A stretch of DNA of 63,568 nucleotides from Alloascoidea hylecoeti. Taxonomy: Eukaryota. Within the stretch, counting starts at the first letter, position 1. The number at the start of each line of letters is the position of its first letter. The stretch is taken from the NCBI GenBank assembly GCA_001600815.1, contig BCKZ01000008.1, positions 744,433 to 808,000 on the forward strand, read 5' to 3'. The notes under the pieces are model-generated. The model made no database searches. It had not been told where the DNA came from and worked only from the letters and a program-made list of their open reading frames with translations. The position numbers and the translations under genes were made by a program. Shown here in pieces: positions 48,232 through 59,637 of this stretch.

Positions 48232-49233
48232 ATGGGGCGAGCAGAAGTAGGAACACCAAAATATATTGCAAATAAAATGAAATCAAAAGGTCTTCAAAGA
48301 CTTCGATGGTATTGTCAAGTTTGTTCAAAACAATGTCGAGATGAAAATGGTTTTAAATGTCATACACAATCACCATCTCATATTAATAATATAACATCAT
48401 TATCAATATCAGGTTCAAATAAAAATAATGAAATTATTGAATCATATTCTTCAAATTTTTTAAAAGATTTTATATATTTATTACGTACACGGCATGGAGA
48501 AAAAAAAATTAATGTTAATAGATTTTATCAAGAATTTATATCAGATAAAGATCATATTCATATGAATTCAACAAAATGGACAAGTTTAACAGTTTTTACA
48601 AAATATTTACAAAATGAAAATATTTGTAATGTTATTGAAAATGAAAATGAAGGTTTATGTATATCATGGATTGATAATAGTCCTGAATCAATTGAAAAAA
48701 AATTATATTTAAAAAGACAAGAAAAAAATAAAATCAATAAAGTTAAACAACAAGAAAAAATTTTAAATGAAGATATTAAGAGATTTAAAAAAAATATTGG
48801 TGATGATACAACAATAATAATACCTGACAAAGAAAGAATATTAAAAAGAGATGGAAATGAAGTTATTAAGTTATCACTTTCATTTGGGAATAATAATACA
48901 AATTCAGATTCGAAAAAGATCACAAAAACCCCACAAAATGGGCAAAAGGGAGTTGAACTTGAAACTGCAAGTGAAACAGCCACCATTCCACAATCAACAT
49001 CTCTACCATCGTCATCAACATCATCTTCTTCTACAACAGAAACGAAAAAAATATCATTTGGATTTAATAAAGATAAATCTACAACAAAACCAAAAAATAT
49101 TTTTAAAACAGCATTAAACAATAATACTAAGAAAAATAATAATAACAGTAAAAATTCAAGTAATAGCGGGAAAAGATCAGTAATTTCTCAACTAATGGAA
49201 AAACAAAGGAGTACTAAAAAACAACGTGTTTGA
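48232..49233 (+). CDS. RTS2: KIN17 homologue (zinc finger plus winged helix)
   Basis: GTPKYIANKMKSKGLQRLRWYCQVCSKQCRDENGFKCH..H; HIHMNSTKWTSLT. Confidence 0.93.
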   Translation: MGRAEVGTPKYIANKMKSKGLQRLRWYCQVCSKQCRDENGFKCHTQSPSHINNITSLSISGSNKNNEIIESYSSNFLKDFIYLLRTRHGEKKINVNRFYQEFISDKDHIHMNSTKWTSLTVFTKYLQNENICNVIENENEGLCISWIDNSPESIEKKLYLKRQEKNKINKVKQQEKILNEDIKRFKKNIGDDTTIIIPDKERILKRDGNEVIKLSLSFGNNNTNSDSKKITKTPQNGQKGVELETASETATIPQSTSLPSSSTSSSSTTETKKISFGFNKDKSTTKPKNIFKTALNNNTKKNNNNSKNSSNSGKRSVISQLMEKQRSTKKQRV

Positions 49234-49842
49234 ATTTTGATATTTTCAAGCTCAACCCTCAAGCTCAATATGGAATGACATTTATTATTAATGTTATAAC
49301 ACCTTATAAGCTTATAATAATCCTAATCAGTAAGATTAAATACGGCACCACAGATCTAGACATAATAAAATATTGTCGCACATGTAAAATAACGTTATAA
49401 TTATGAACTCTAGGCAGACCTTTTGGAATGATATGACGTGTAAAAGGCATACGGTTTAACGTATTATTTTATATATTCCCCCTCAAAAATATTTATAAGA
49501 TCTTATATAAATAAAGACGAAACCTTATGATTCTCTTTTTTTTTTTAATTTATTTCTATTGCTATATTTTAAATTTTTGATTTTTGATTTTTGATTTTTG
49601 ATTTTTCCCTTATCACCTTCACCTTTCCATCACATGACTAGATCCCATTTAGGGTTATTATACTTTGTGCGTCACTCAAGTTAAATTTTAAAAACGTAAA
49701 AAGTTCGCAAAAAAGAGAAAGCGTGATCTGTTACGAAGAGATACGGTCATTTACGTTTTACTTTATTTTATTTTTGTTGTTTCATTCAAGTTTGGTTGCT
49801 TTTAAATTAATTTATTACTTCAATAAAAAAAACAATAACAAA

Positions 49843-52800
49843 ATGATGTTAAAAGTTGAACAAAATGAAAAAGATAATAATTATAATAAATCAATTTTAA
49901 ATTTAATGATATCAAATGTTTATTTTAATAATTTAAAAGATAAAACAATAATGTTAATACCTGATTTTGTTTTATCGAAAGCAAAGAATTCATATCTAAT
50001 TAAATTAGCAGCAATTCCGTTATCTTATATAATACCGTTAAATGATGATAACATTTCCTACAAGAATGAGAGTGAAAATAAAAATGGTGATGGGAATAAT
50101 AATGACGACGAAAAAAATATTAATCATAATGATTTGATTTTGAAACAATCTCAAGCAACTTCATATTCAGAATGGTTAACAATAACATCAAAACTTGAAG
50201 AAGAAAAATACATTACAGTAACTTCAAATTCAAAATCAACTTCAAAAATAAATTTTAGAGAATGGTCCCAAAAATCAGAAACAAATCTATATGATTATAA
50301 ATTATTACAAGATCGTTTAAATAATTTAAAAGATTCAATTAAAGAAAAAGATTTAAAAAAATTAGTTTTTTTAATAAGAAGTAGTTGGATGAGAAATTTA
50401 GGTGATATGGGTAATATTGATTTATATAAACATTCCGTTTTAGGTACAAAATTAATTATTGAAGATTATATATTAGAATGTGAAGGAGTTTTACAAACTT
50501 TATTAAATTCAACAACTTCTTCAAAATTAAAAAATTCAAATAATGATGGTAATAAAATTGATGATGAATTTTTATTATCAATGTTAATTCAAACTAGAAA
50601 ATCTTTTGGTAGAACTGCTTTAGTTCTTTCTGGTGGTGGTTGTTTTGGTTTAATTCATATTGGTGTATTAAAAACATTATTAGAAACAAATTTATTACCA
50701 AGAATTATATCTGGTTCATCTGCTGGTTCAATTATTGCAAGTATTGTATGTGTTCATACAAATGATGAAATTATACCATTATTACATAGTATTATTGATA
50801 CAAAATTTGATGTTTTTACAGATTCAAATGATGAAAGAGGTTTTTTATATAATTTATCACATTTTTTAAAATATGGTACATGGTTTGATATAATTGGTTT
50901 AACAAAAACAATGAAACATTTTCTTGGTGATTTAACTTTTAAATCTGCATATTATAGAACAGGTAAAATATTAAATATAACTGTATCACCAACAAGTATT
51001 TATGAACAAACAAGATTATTAAATTATTTAACATCTCCAGATGTTTTAATTTGGTCTGCCGTTTGTGCTTCATGTTCATTACCTGGTATATTTCCATCAT
51101 CTTCAATTTATGAAAGAAATCCTCAAACTGGTGAAATTAAAAAATGGAATCATGAATCTGTTAAATTTATGGATGGATCAGTTGATGGTGATTTGCCAAT
51201 AACAAGACTTTCTGAAATTTTAAATGTTAATCATATAATTGCTTGTCAAGTAAATCCACATGTTGCTCCATTATTACATTTATCTGTTCAAAATTCAAAT
51301 CGTTCAATAATAACTGATAATATTAATATTGAAGATGTTTCAATAAAATTAAAAAATTTAATGGACAATACATATGATTTAATATCATCAGAAATTATTC
51401 ATTATTTAGATATGGTGAATGAAATCGGTATCTTTTCAAATTTATCAACAAAATTAAAATCAATTTTAATTCAAAAATATAGTGGTGATATAACAATTTT
51501 GCCAAATATAAAATTAACTGAATGGGATAAAATTTTATCAAATCCAACTCCTGAATTTTTAAAAGATGCTGCTTTAAGAGGTGCTCAGGCAACTTGGCCA
51601 AAAATTGGTTTAATTAGAAATCATTGTGCTATTGAATTAGCATTGGATAGTGCAATAATGACTTTAAGATCAAAAATTATTTCAAATAATGATAAAACAA
51701 CAGGAACAACAGAAAATATAAATAATACAAATACAATATATCGTACTTATAATCGTCATAATAATAATCAATTTCCAACAAGTCATAGTATGGCTTCACT
51801 AAATTCATTATATTTAAAAACTCCAAAATTAAAAGTTACACAAAGATCATCAGTTAATGATTTTAGAACAAGATCTGGTTCAACTGTAAAAGATTCAATT
51901 TTCGGTGTTAATTCATTTTCACCAGTTAAAAATCCTTCATTTTCATCATCATTAACTTCTTTTGATAAAATTTCAAGTAATAATGGTACTTTTCATAATA
52001 CCAATAATAACTATAACCGTAATGATAATAAACAACGAAGTAAGAGTGTATCTCTTAACTTGGCATATAATAATGACTTTTATAACGATAATAATATTGA
52101 TAATGAAAATATTAATTCTAATACTAATATTGCTGGTGGTTCAAATAATAGATTAAAAATATCAAAAGCAAATTTTACTTTACAACATTCAAGATTTAAT
52201 ACTCCTCAAGTATCACCATCACATACAAGAGCACCAAGTTTAGTGAATTTCAAAAATGTAAATTTAAATGATTCACCTACACCTACGGCTAATAATATTA
52301 AACTAATATCATATCCAAATTCAAATTCAAAACCACAAGTAGTAATTGGGAACTTTGATGATTATGATTTTGATAATTATGATAATTATGAATATGAAGT
52401 GTATAGTGTTGATAGAGAATCAAGAAAATCATCATTATCTTTACCTCTCAGTGTTAATATCAATAATAATACACTAGAAAATACAAAGTCAACTTCTTCA
52501 TTAATTAGCCCTGGTTCAAATGTAGGGTCAAAAGAAAGGGTTAATGAAGCTTTAAAAATAAAACCATTTATAAACAACGATGATAATAATACATCCACAA
52601 ATAAAACAAAGAAAGATCATCATCATCATAAACGTCCAAAATTCATTAAGAATAAAATCAAAGGTTTCAAACAACACTTTAATAATAATATTACTAAAAA
52701 AAGGTCAAATTCAAATACTCTCTATGATCATGATAATGAAAATGTTGGTGGTGATGATACTAATCGAGATTTCACAACAACAGAGTTACATCGATCAAAT

Positions 52801-52854
52801 TCAAGATCGAGTTCTATTCATGCTGAGAAGGTATCTGATGAATTAGACACTTAA
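49843..52854 (+). CDS. TGL4: Patatin-domain triacylglycerol lipase (Tgl4/Tgl5), Asn-rich tail
   Basis: GRTALVLSGGG; ISGSSAGS (GxSxG); SAVCASCSLP; MDGS; QVNPHV. Confidence 0.88.
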   Translation: MMLKVEQNEKDNNYNKSILNLMISNVYFNNLKDKTIMLIPDFVLSKAKNSYLIKLAAIPLSYIIPLNDDNISYKNESENKNGDGNNNDDEKNINHNDLILKQSQATSYSEWLTITSKLEEEKYITVTSNSKSTSKINFREWSQKSETNLYDYKLLQDRLNNLKDSIKEKDLKKLVFLIRSSWMRNLGDMGNIDLYKHSVLGTKLIIEDYILECEGVLQTLLNSTTSSKLKNSNNDGNKIDDEFLLSMLIQTRKSFGRTALVLSGGGCFGLIHIGVLKTLLETNLLPRIISGSSAGSIIASIVCVHTNDEIIPLLHSIIDTKFDVFTDSNDERGFLYNLSHFLKYGTWFDIIGLTKTMKHFLGDLTFKSAYYRTGKILNITVSPTSIYEQTRLLNYLTSPDVLIWSAVCASCSLPGIFPSSSIYERNPQTGEIKKWNHESVKFMDGSVDGDLPITRLSEILNVNHIIACQVNPHVAPLLHLSVQNSNRSIITDNINIEDVSIKLKNLMDNTYDLISSEIIHYLDMVNEIGIFSNLSTKLKSILIQKYSGDITILPNIKLTEWDKILSNPTPEFLKDAALRGAQATWPKIGLIRNHCAIELALDSAIMTLRSKIISNNDKTTGTTENINNTNTIYRTYNRHNNNQFPTSHSMASLNSLYLKTPKLKVTQRSSVNDFRTRSGSTVKDSIFGVNSFSPVKNPSFSSSLTSFDKISSNNGTFHNTNNNYNRNDNKQRSKSVSLNLAYNNDFYNDNNIDNENINSNTNIAGGSNNRLKISKANFTLQHSRFNTPQVSPSHTRAPSLVNFKNVNLNDSPTPTANNIKLISYPNSNSKPQVVIGNFDDYDFDNYDNYEYEVYSVDRESRKSSLSLPLSVNINNNTLENTKSTSSLISPGSNVGSKERVNEALKIKPFINNDDNNTSTNKTKKDHHHHKRPKFIKNKIKGFKQHFNNNITKKRSNSNTLYDHDNENVGGDDTNRDFTTTELHRSNSRSSSIHAEKVSDELDT

Positions 52855-53544
52855 TTATACATTTAGATATAAATATAGATTTATAAATGCTTGATATAGA
52901 ATTTATATGCATATGCATGCAACCAGTAGCTTCAAATAAGCTCATAACACATGTAAGAACTTGGCATCGATATCCATTTTTTAGTTGATAGAAAGGAAGA
53001 ACACAAAAAGATGAAGCATTATTAAAAAAATAACTTTAATACATATAATTGTCATTATCTCATTTAAGCTTCACTAACTCCAAGACTAGACTCATCTTAA
53101 CCTCAACTCACAGTAGTTTATTATAATTTTTTTTGAATATATTTATTCTCATATCTGACTTCTCCATTTTCCCAAATCCCCATGAAAATCATTGATTTAT
53201 TTCTGTAATTAATATCCTAAACTGTTTTTTAATGAAGCAATCTGAATAATTTGTTTTTCAAAGATAAAAGCACATTATCTGTACACGCTCTGGCATATTT
53301 TCTTATCAACTGTCGACAGATTGTCGGTCTTCATTGATCAGAATGACCCATTGGAAAGGAAGAAAGATTTGAAAGGTTACCTATAACCACTGGCGGTGCC
53401 ATTGGGACTGATCTAACCGGAACAAGATCTGCTTTAGTGATAGCTGGTCCTAGTTCTATTTATGGCTAATTCAGCTGTGTGGTTTATCTGGTATTTTGCG
53501 GAAGTATTTACAACTCCAAGAAGGGTTCCCTGGTTATGCCACCC

Positions 53545-54790
53545 GTTTCAAAGTATAAACAACAGCCATTTTTTCCGAGCCAGCGATCAATTGAATATTT
53601 ACAAGATTCAATAAAAGTCATCATTGGAAAATCTGGATTTTTAAACTTGTTAAATAATTTAAGGTCATTTAAATTCCAAATTCTGATAGCAACACCAACA
53701 CAAATGATTTTATTATCAACTATAATTAATGCAAGTACCTCTTCAAATCCTTTATTGTCTGGTATAATATTTATTAATTTATTTGATTATAAGTCCCAAA
53801 TTGTTATTTGGTTGTCGTAAATAGTAGCAAATAAGTTTTGATCCCTTGTTGCCATGATCCCTAGTTGATTTTCTTGATTTTCTTGGATCATTTGACCAGT
53901 TCCAATATTCCAGGATTTTATTACATGTATTTCATCAAATTGATGACTATATATAATATCATTATTAATGGAAATATCATACCAATGTTCTCCTTTTAAA
54001 CTGTACTGTAAATGGAACAGTAGTTGATTTTCTAAATTATCGAGACTTGATTTCCAAACTCCTATATATTCACCACTAAAACATACAATATAATCGTTGT
54101 ATAAAGCGACACCCATTATAATTGAATAAATAACACCTAGTAACATTTTCAAACGCTTTATTGGTTTAAAATTTGGTAATTTCCAAATTATATAAAACTC
54201 ATCTAATGAACCAGAAACCAAACATTTATCATTAATATCAATACATCTAACATCATCCAAAAAAATGTGATATCAAATCTTTTTGTTAATTCCAATAATT
54301 GTTGTTGTGATCGATTATCTCTTAAAGCATCAAGAATTTGTACCCCTAATTGTCTTAAAATCTCAGGATCTGGTTCACCTATAACTCTTAAACACTGAAA
54401 TCTTTTGGTGCTATCTAAAATTCTAATTGTACAATCTACTGAACCAGTTAATACCCAGTTCTTATAAAATTTAACACAATCTGTTTTGTCAGAATGACCA
54501 CTTAATATGTGTTCTGTGAATTTATCATCTCTCTAAAAAATAACGCTTTTTTTATAACTTATACCATGAATCAGTTTCTGCATCATCATTATAGTATTTC
54601 CAATCTTTTTGATCTTTAAATTTTGATTTCCATACATCATCATCATCAGCTACTTGTTTCCATGTTTTAAATACTTCTCTACAATTAAGTAAAGTTTTTG
54701 ATGATAATTGTTTGAAGATTAAATCATTTATTTCATCAGGGAAATAATCAACAAAATCGATTCTAGTCTCAAGACACACTGTTGCTTACG
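53545..54790 (-). pseudogene. F-box/WD40 protein pseudogene, copy 2 (paralogue of 11245-12493)
   Basis: DFVDYFPDEINDLIFKQLSSKTLLNCREVFKTW..WKYYNDD..DSWY; GHSDKTDCVKFYKNW; VSGSLD..IIWKLPNFKPI; multiple frameshifts. Confidence 0.87.
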
Positions 54791-55373
54791 TAGTGTCTTT
54801 GATATGTGTATCAAGATTGATAAAAGTATGCCGTTTCAAATATATGATGAATAGTTAGTTAATATTTTTACTTGTAGAAGTTAGGTGAAGTGGGAATACT
54901 TTACTTGATATATTCTCAACATTGACTTCAAAATAGCTTCGAAACCATAACCTTAAATACTTGAATACGTTTGACTTAATTCCCTAGTGTTGGTCTCGCT
55001 ATATAAAATACTTAATCGGCTGATTCTGATAATGTCCTTTATATTTATTATAAATTATATTTGTTGTTGGTTTTGCGTGTTTGAAAAAAAGCACTCTAAG
55101 ACTGCCGAATTCTGTATACCGACGGTTGTTTACTATACAAACAAAAATAAACCGTACGCATTAAATGTTATGCATGTAATAATAACAGTTAATCGCAATT
55201 CTTTTTAACGTAACCACTGGTACCACTGTACATCAGCAAAGAGAGAGTACAATTTTTTGTCTTATAATTTTATTGTGATTATCTAAAATTTTCACTGGAC
55301 AGGTGATAAAATTTACAGCTGAAACTAGAATCCTAGTAATTATAATTTCACTTGCAAGTTTTGGATAAAATAA

Positions 55374-56558
55374 TCAAGCACTGCAGACAGTAGCACCAGG
55401 AATGGAGTTTGGTGTTGCTGGAATGACTTGAATATTGTTTGATCCACTCGCATTCAAACTTGCTTGGGCGATAGAAGCTTGTTGATTATCTAAATCAAAA
55501 ACAATATAAGCACTTCTTAAAAATGAATCTCCAAGAATATTATGACGACCGCTAGGTTTTAATCTTAATAAACAATTTCCATCTTGACTACTCAAAGCTG
55601 TTTGAAAATTTGAAATAGGAACACTAACAGTAGCACATCCAAAAGTAAAGTCTAAAGTCTTTGAACTTGAATCACACGGGCCGATATAGGTAGTTTTACC
55701 ATTGTCATCTTCAGACCCAGTTGCTCCAACTGATTGTGCAATGCTGGCAATGAGATCGACTGGTAAATATGTTAAAGTGGTTCCAGTATCCAAAAGAACA
55801 TCAATACTCTCGGATGTAAAAGATCCATCTGAGAGTTTAAGATTGTTCAGTGTGACAATAGTTCTTGTTGAACTTGTTAATGGAACTGTACCTAAAGTAC
55901 CTGTATATTTAGATTGATCAACACCACCAAACAAAACGACACCAGAATCAGCATCTATGGAATTCAAATAGATAGAATAAGTTTGGGAATTGATAACTCC
56001 GGCTTTAACCAAAGCTGTTGGATAATTAATATAATCACCTGAATCCAATCCTCTTCCACCTAAAGAAGCATATCCAATACCAAAAATACCTCTTCCTGTG
56101 CTTGAATCTGTAGCCACCGCAAAAGTTAAGGGTACATCAACATCACCAGCTTCAATCTTATCGTTAACCCAGTTTCCAGTAGCACCAGTATTATCTCCAT
56201 AATGGATACTGAATCCTGTGTTAATTAAAGAATAACTGCTTGACGAAGAAGAATCAAATGTTCCTAAAGAGTGACAAGAGTCATCACAACCCGAGTTGTC
56301 AGCAGCATTTACAAACAAGTCAGAAGAACCAGTGTCGATATCAACACTAATTGTTTGAGCTGGTGTACCAATTTGAATGTCAATTGAATAATAGTACCGA
56401 AGATTTTCCAAAATACCTTCAAATGGCTTAACGTCATCTACGCCACTTGTGTATCTTGAGGGAGTAGATTTGAGGGCTCGTGTAAAGTTCAATTGAAAAA
56501 CACCAGCAGCTAATGTTGTTGAAGCAAGAGAAGCAAATAAAGAAGTTTCAATTTTCAT
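55374..56558 (-). CDS. Secreted aspartic protease (Sap/yapsin/Bar1-like), no GPI tail
   Basis: Signal peptide; DTGSSDL and DTGTTL dyad; Y-G-D flap; ILGDSFLRSAYIVFDL. Confidence 0.92.
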   Translation of the reverse strand: MKIETSLFASLASTTLAAGVFQLNFTRALKSTPSRYTSGVDDVKPFEGILENLRYYYSIDIQIGTPAQTISVDIDTGSSDLFVNAADNSGCDDSCHSLGTFDSSSSSSYSLINTGFSIHYGDNTGATGNWVNDKIEAGDVDVPLTFAVATDSSTGRGIFGIGYASLGGRGLDSGDYINYPTALVKAGVINSQTYSIYLNSIDADSGVVLFGGVDQSKYTGTLGTVPLTSSTRTIVTLNNLKLSDGSFTSESIDVLLDTGTTLTYLPVDLIASIAQSVGATGSEDDNGKTTYIGPCDSSSKTLDFTFGCATVSVPISNFQTALSSQDGNCLLRLKPSGRHNILGDSFLRSAYIVFDLDNQQASIAQASLNASGSNNIQVIPATPNSIPGATVCSA

Positions 56559-57839
56559 TTTGAATAATTTCAACTATTGTTACAATTGGAATTTGGATAA
56601 TATATTTCAATATCTGATGAAACAAGTTAAAGGTAGATGTTTAATTTGAATTGAAGAGGGAAAATGTCAGCAATTTATAAGGATATACTTGCAATTGGAG
56701 CTATAGTTGATCTTTACTTATAGTTCGTACAAATTATCATTGTCAATGCTTATATTGATCATTCATGGATGCCATATAATTGCAACATTTCAGATTGTAA
56801 ATTTGTAATTAAGCTTATATTTTTGTGCCTAGCCTATGCGGCTGTAATTATAAAAAAAGTTAAAATGACATATTAATACTTTTTTAACGTACAATTATTA
56901 TATAAGCAAGCTCTCTATTTATTTTGAATCCCAATTATATATGTATTTTATGACTGATAATTATTTGTAAATAGATAATTGGCTTTAGGAAATTTAATTG
57001 TGAGTCGAGATCATATATGAATAAACAACAATTTTATCAGAACGAACACTACTCTCGAATATGGGGAGAAACCTTAATTGTACTAAGCCAGCATAAAATT
57101 AAACTTTAAATTAAATGATTCGTATTTATCTTGCATACTCATACCATCTTATATATGTATCCACACTGATTCCACAGTCCAGAGACCCCACACAGTTGCG
57201 ATCGGGATTTGTGTATGTAAAGTAAGCGTTAATTAGAAAAAATATACATCTGTGTCTATGGATAATCCAATAGCAGTATGGTAACTAAGTATACTTTTTT
57301 CCGACTCAAATAATAGGGTTTATGAGAATTAAATAACAATGTGGCTGGGCATGTTCAACAATATGTACGAGTCCTAATTTAGTTGGTTTGAATAATTGAA
57401 TATGCATATACATATAATTCATGTTGTATTTGATTCAGTTTAGATTCATTTATAAGTAAGCCGCTACAGGAAGAGAGAGATTACTGACTTTATATACATA
57501 ATACTAAACCACAATGAGTCATAACATAAATCAAGTCATGCTAGCAGTTGTTGATATTGCAATTGGTAAGACATATTAATATGCATATGCATATTCCTAA
57601 TGTAACGGCCGCTTTAGTAAATGCATTATGCACAACATAATACATCAATTTTCCGAAAACAGACCTTACACGAATACAACTCTTATATTGTTTTAAACGA
57701 TTTTAGTGAATTTGAATAAAATCAGATACTATATACTTACCTAAAAATTGCTTAAAGCATAAGACAGCACATAATACCATGAATTGGCCAAACGTAATAA
57801 TTTTTTTTTTAAAAAAAGCCTAAAAAACAAAAAATTAAT

Positions 57840-57933
57840 CGACAGACGCAGGATTCGAACCTACGCGGGCAAAGCCCAATTGATAACACATAAGTATTCA
57901 AGTCAATCTCCTTAACCGCTCGGACAGCCTGTC
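57840..57933 (-). tRNA. tRNA-Ser(UGA) with 12-nt intron (57896-57885)
   Basis: GACAGGCTGTCCGAGCGGTTAAGGAGATTGACTTGAA[TACTTATGTGTT]ATCAATTGGGCTTTGCCCGCGTAGGTTCGAATCCTGCGTCTGTCG; long variable arm, G73, T-run terminator. Confidence 0.95.
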
Positions 57934-58080
57934 TAACATGCCGAATATAGAGTAAGCTACTAACTACTTAATAACTTACAATAGATGCAACTGGCGGTGA
58001 ATCAGATAAGAAGGGAAGAAAGAAGAGTGTCAAGAATACACAAAAATAAGAAGAATAGAAAGAGAGGTTTTTATTTCACT

Positions 58081-58167
58081 ATATATAGTAGAGATTTCCT
58101 CAGAATTTACATAGTTTCTAGTTATATAATTTAATTGGAAAATATATGAAAAGTTAAAAAAAAAAAA
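58081..58167 (+). repeat. Poly(A)-tailed repeat upstream of tRNA-Ser
   Basis: ATATATAGTA GAGATTTCCTCA..TACATAGTTTCTA..TTTAATTGGAA..TATATGAAAAGTT followed by A12. Confidence 0.75.
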
Positions 58168-58688
58168 GATACAGACGATCAAGATCTAAACAGGAAAATG
58201 TATTCAAGCTAATCCCCCTCCCTATTTAAAAGTGGGATTTATCTTATGTTTATATAGATAAATCCAAAAGCTATTAATAGAAAAGTCTTAGAAGTAATAA
58301 AGAGATACAATGTATCCCAGCAATGAGGTAATGAGCTCAAGAACTGTGGCATGTGTTTCCGAACCAATATAAAATGCATCCAAGAAATGTTAAATGTACT
58401 CGCGAAATGATAACCAGAGGAACAACCAAAATAATGACGATGTCATGATTATTCCTTTACACCGAAACTCAACTAATTGGCTATGATGTAGACGTATTAT
58501 AAATAAGCATCTTCCCAAATCAACTCATTGAATTTATATTGATTTAACTGTAAGACCCTTATAAGTACAATGTTTTTTGTCTATAACAATTGTTTTCAAA
58601 GTCGAACAAACGGAGACAAGAAACATCAACGATTGTTACTGGGTAAAAAGAAACAGAAATATCAGTAAAGAAATCGGAAAGTTCGAAT

Positions 58689-59437
58689 ATGTCCGATATT
58701 GAAACACTTGAAAAGAAGACCGCTGGGTCAAGTTTACGGGATTCAAGTACTACTACCAGCCCTGCAAAAGTTGCTACTATTGAGACAGCCGACAAGAAAG
58801 AAGCTGTTACTAAATCAGAAAAGACCGAATGAAGATAAATCAACTGCACCATTCACATCAAAAAGGCCTTCTGAGCCAGAAGAAAAACCCATATTGACTC
58901 AAAAGAGGAGTTCACAGTTAAACGTCCTCTTAATACAAAATGGACCCTATGGCATAAAAAACCAAAGTCGGAAAAGTCGGAAAAGTCGGAATCCTGGAAC
59001 GACTTGTTAAAACCGTTGAAGAATTTAGGGCAGTTTACAACAATATTTCCAGGGTTAACGATTTACCATTTAAAGCAGATTATCATCTATTTAGGAAAGA
59101 TGTTAGACACGAATGGGTAGATTAAGTTAATGCCCTGGGCAAATGGGCCTTCCAGTTCAAAGATAAGAGAAGGATTAATATTGATGATATTTGGCTCCGG
59201 GCCATGTTAGGTGCTATTGGTGAAAACATTGAGAAAAACGCAAAATAAATCACAAATGTTGTAATAAACGTTCGTCAAAACCATTTCAGAGTTAGTTTAT
59301 GGAGGGAATGGTTAGCTCCTATTGGAAAGATGTTTAAGAAGAAGGTATTAAGTTTATCTGATAATGAAAATTTAGATTTTTTCAGTTACACCGAGTCGGA
59401 AAAAAACCCCAGAGCCGGGGCTTCTTTCTTCGTTTAA
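58689..59437 (+). pseudogene. eIF4E (CDC33-like) pseudogene, no introns seen
   Basis: PLNTKWTLW..SWNDLL; ADYHLFRKDVRHEWVD*; GKWAFQF; IDDIWLRAMLGAIGE; VVINVR..RVSLW, with stops, frameshifts and deletions. Confidence 0.88.
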
Positions 59438-59637
59438 GAAAATTAAAATCAGTTTTAGTTTTGATATAATCTTTTAATCTATTAATTAAACGCTATAATT
59501 GAGATAGACCAAGAAGATGATTCTCATTCCTCTAGCAAATACATGTGATCACATGACTAACATAGAAATGTAATGTTGTAAAAAAAATTTAGATATTTGA
59601 TATTTGGGATATATTTATATTAATATTTGGAATTATT

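Noticed and set aside
48558..49121. 187-aa minus-strand ORF
   Set aside because: Shadow of RTS2.
53340..53545. More GC-rich coding-like patch next to the F-box pseudogene
   Set aside because: No identifiable motif in the frames I read.
57840..57933. CUG-reassigning tRNA-Ser(CAG)
   Set aside because: The anticodon reads UGA once the 12-nt intron is removed.
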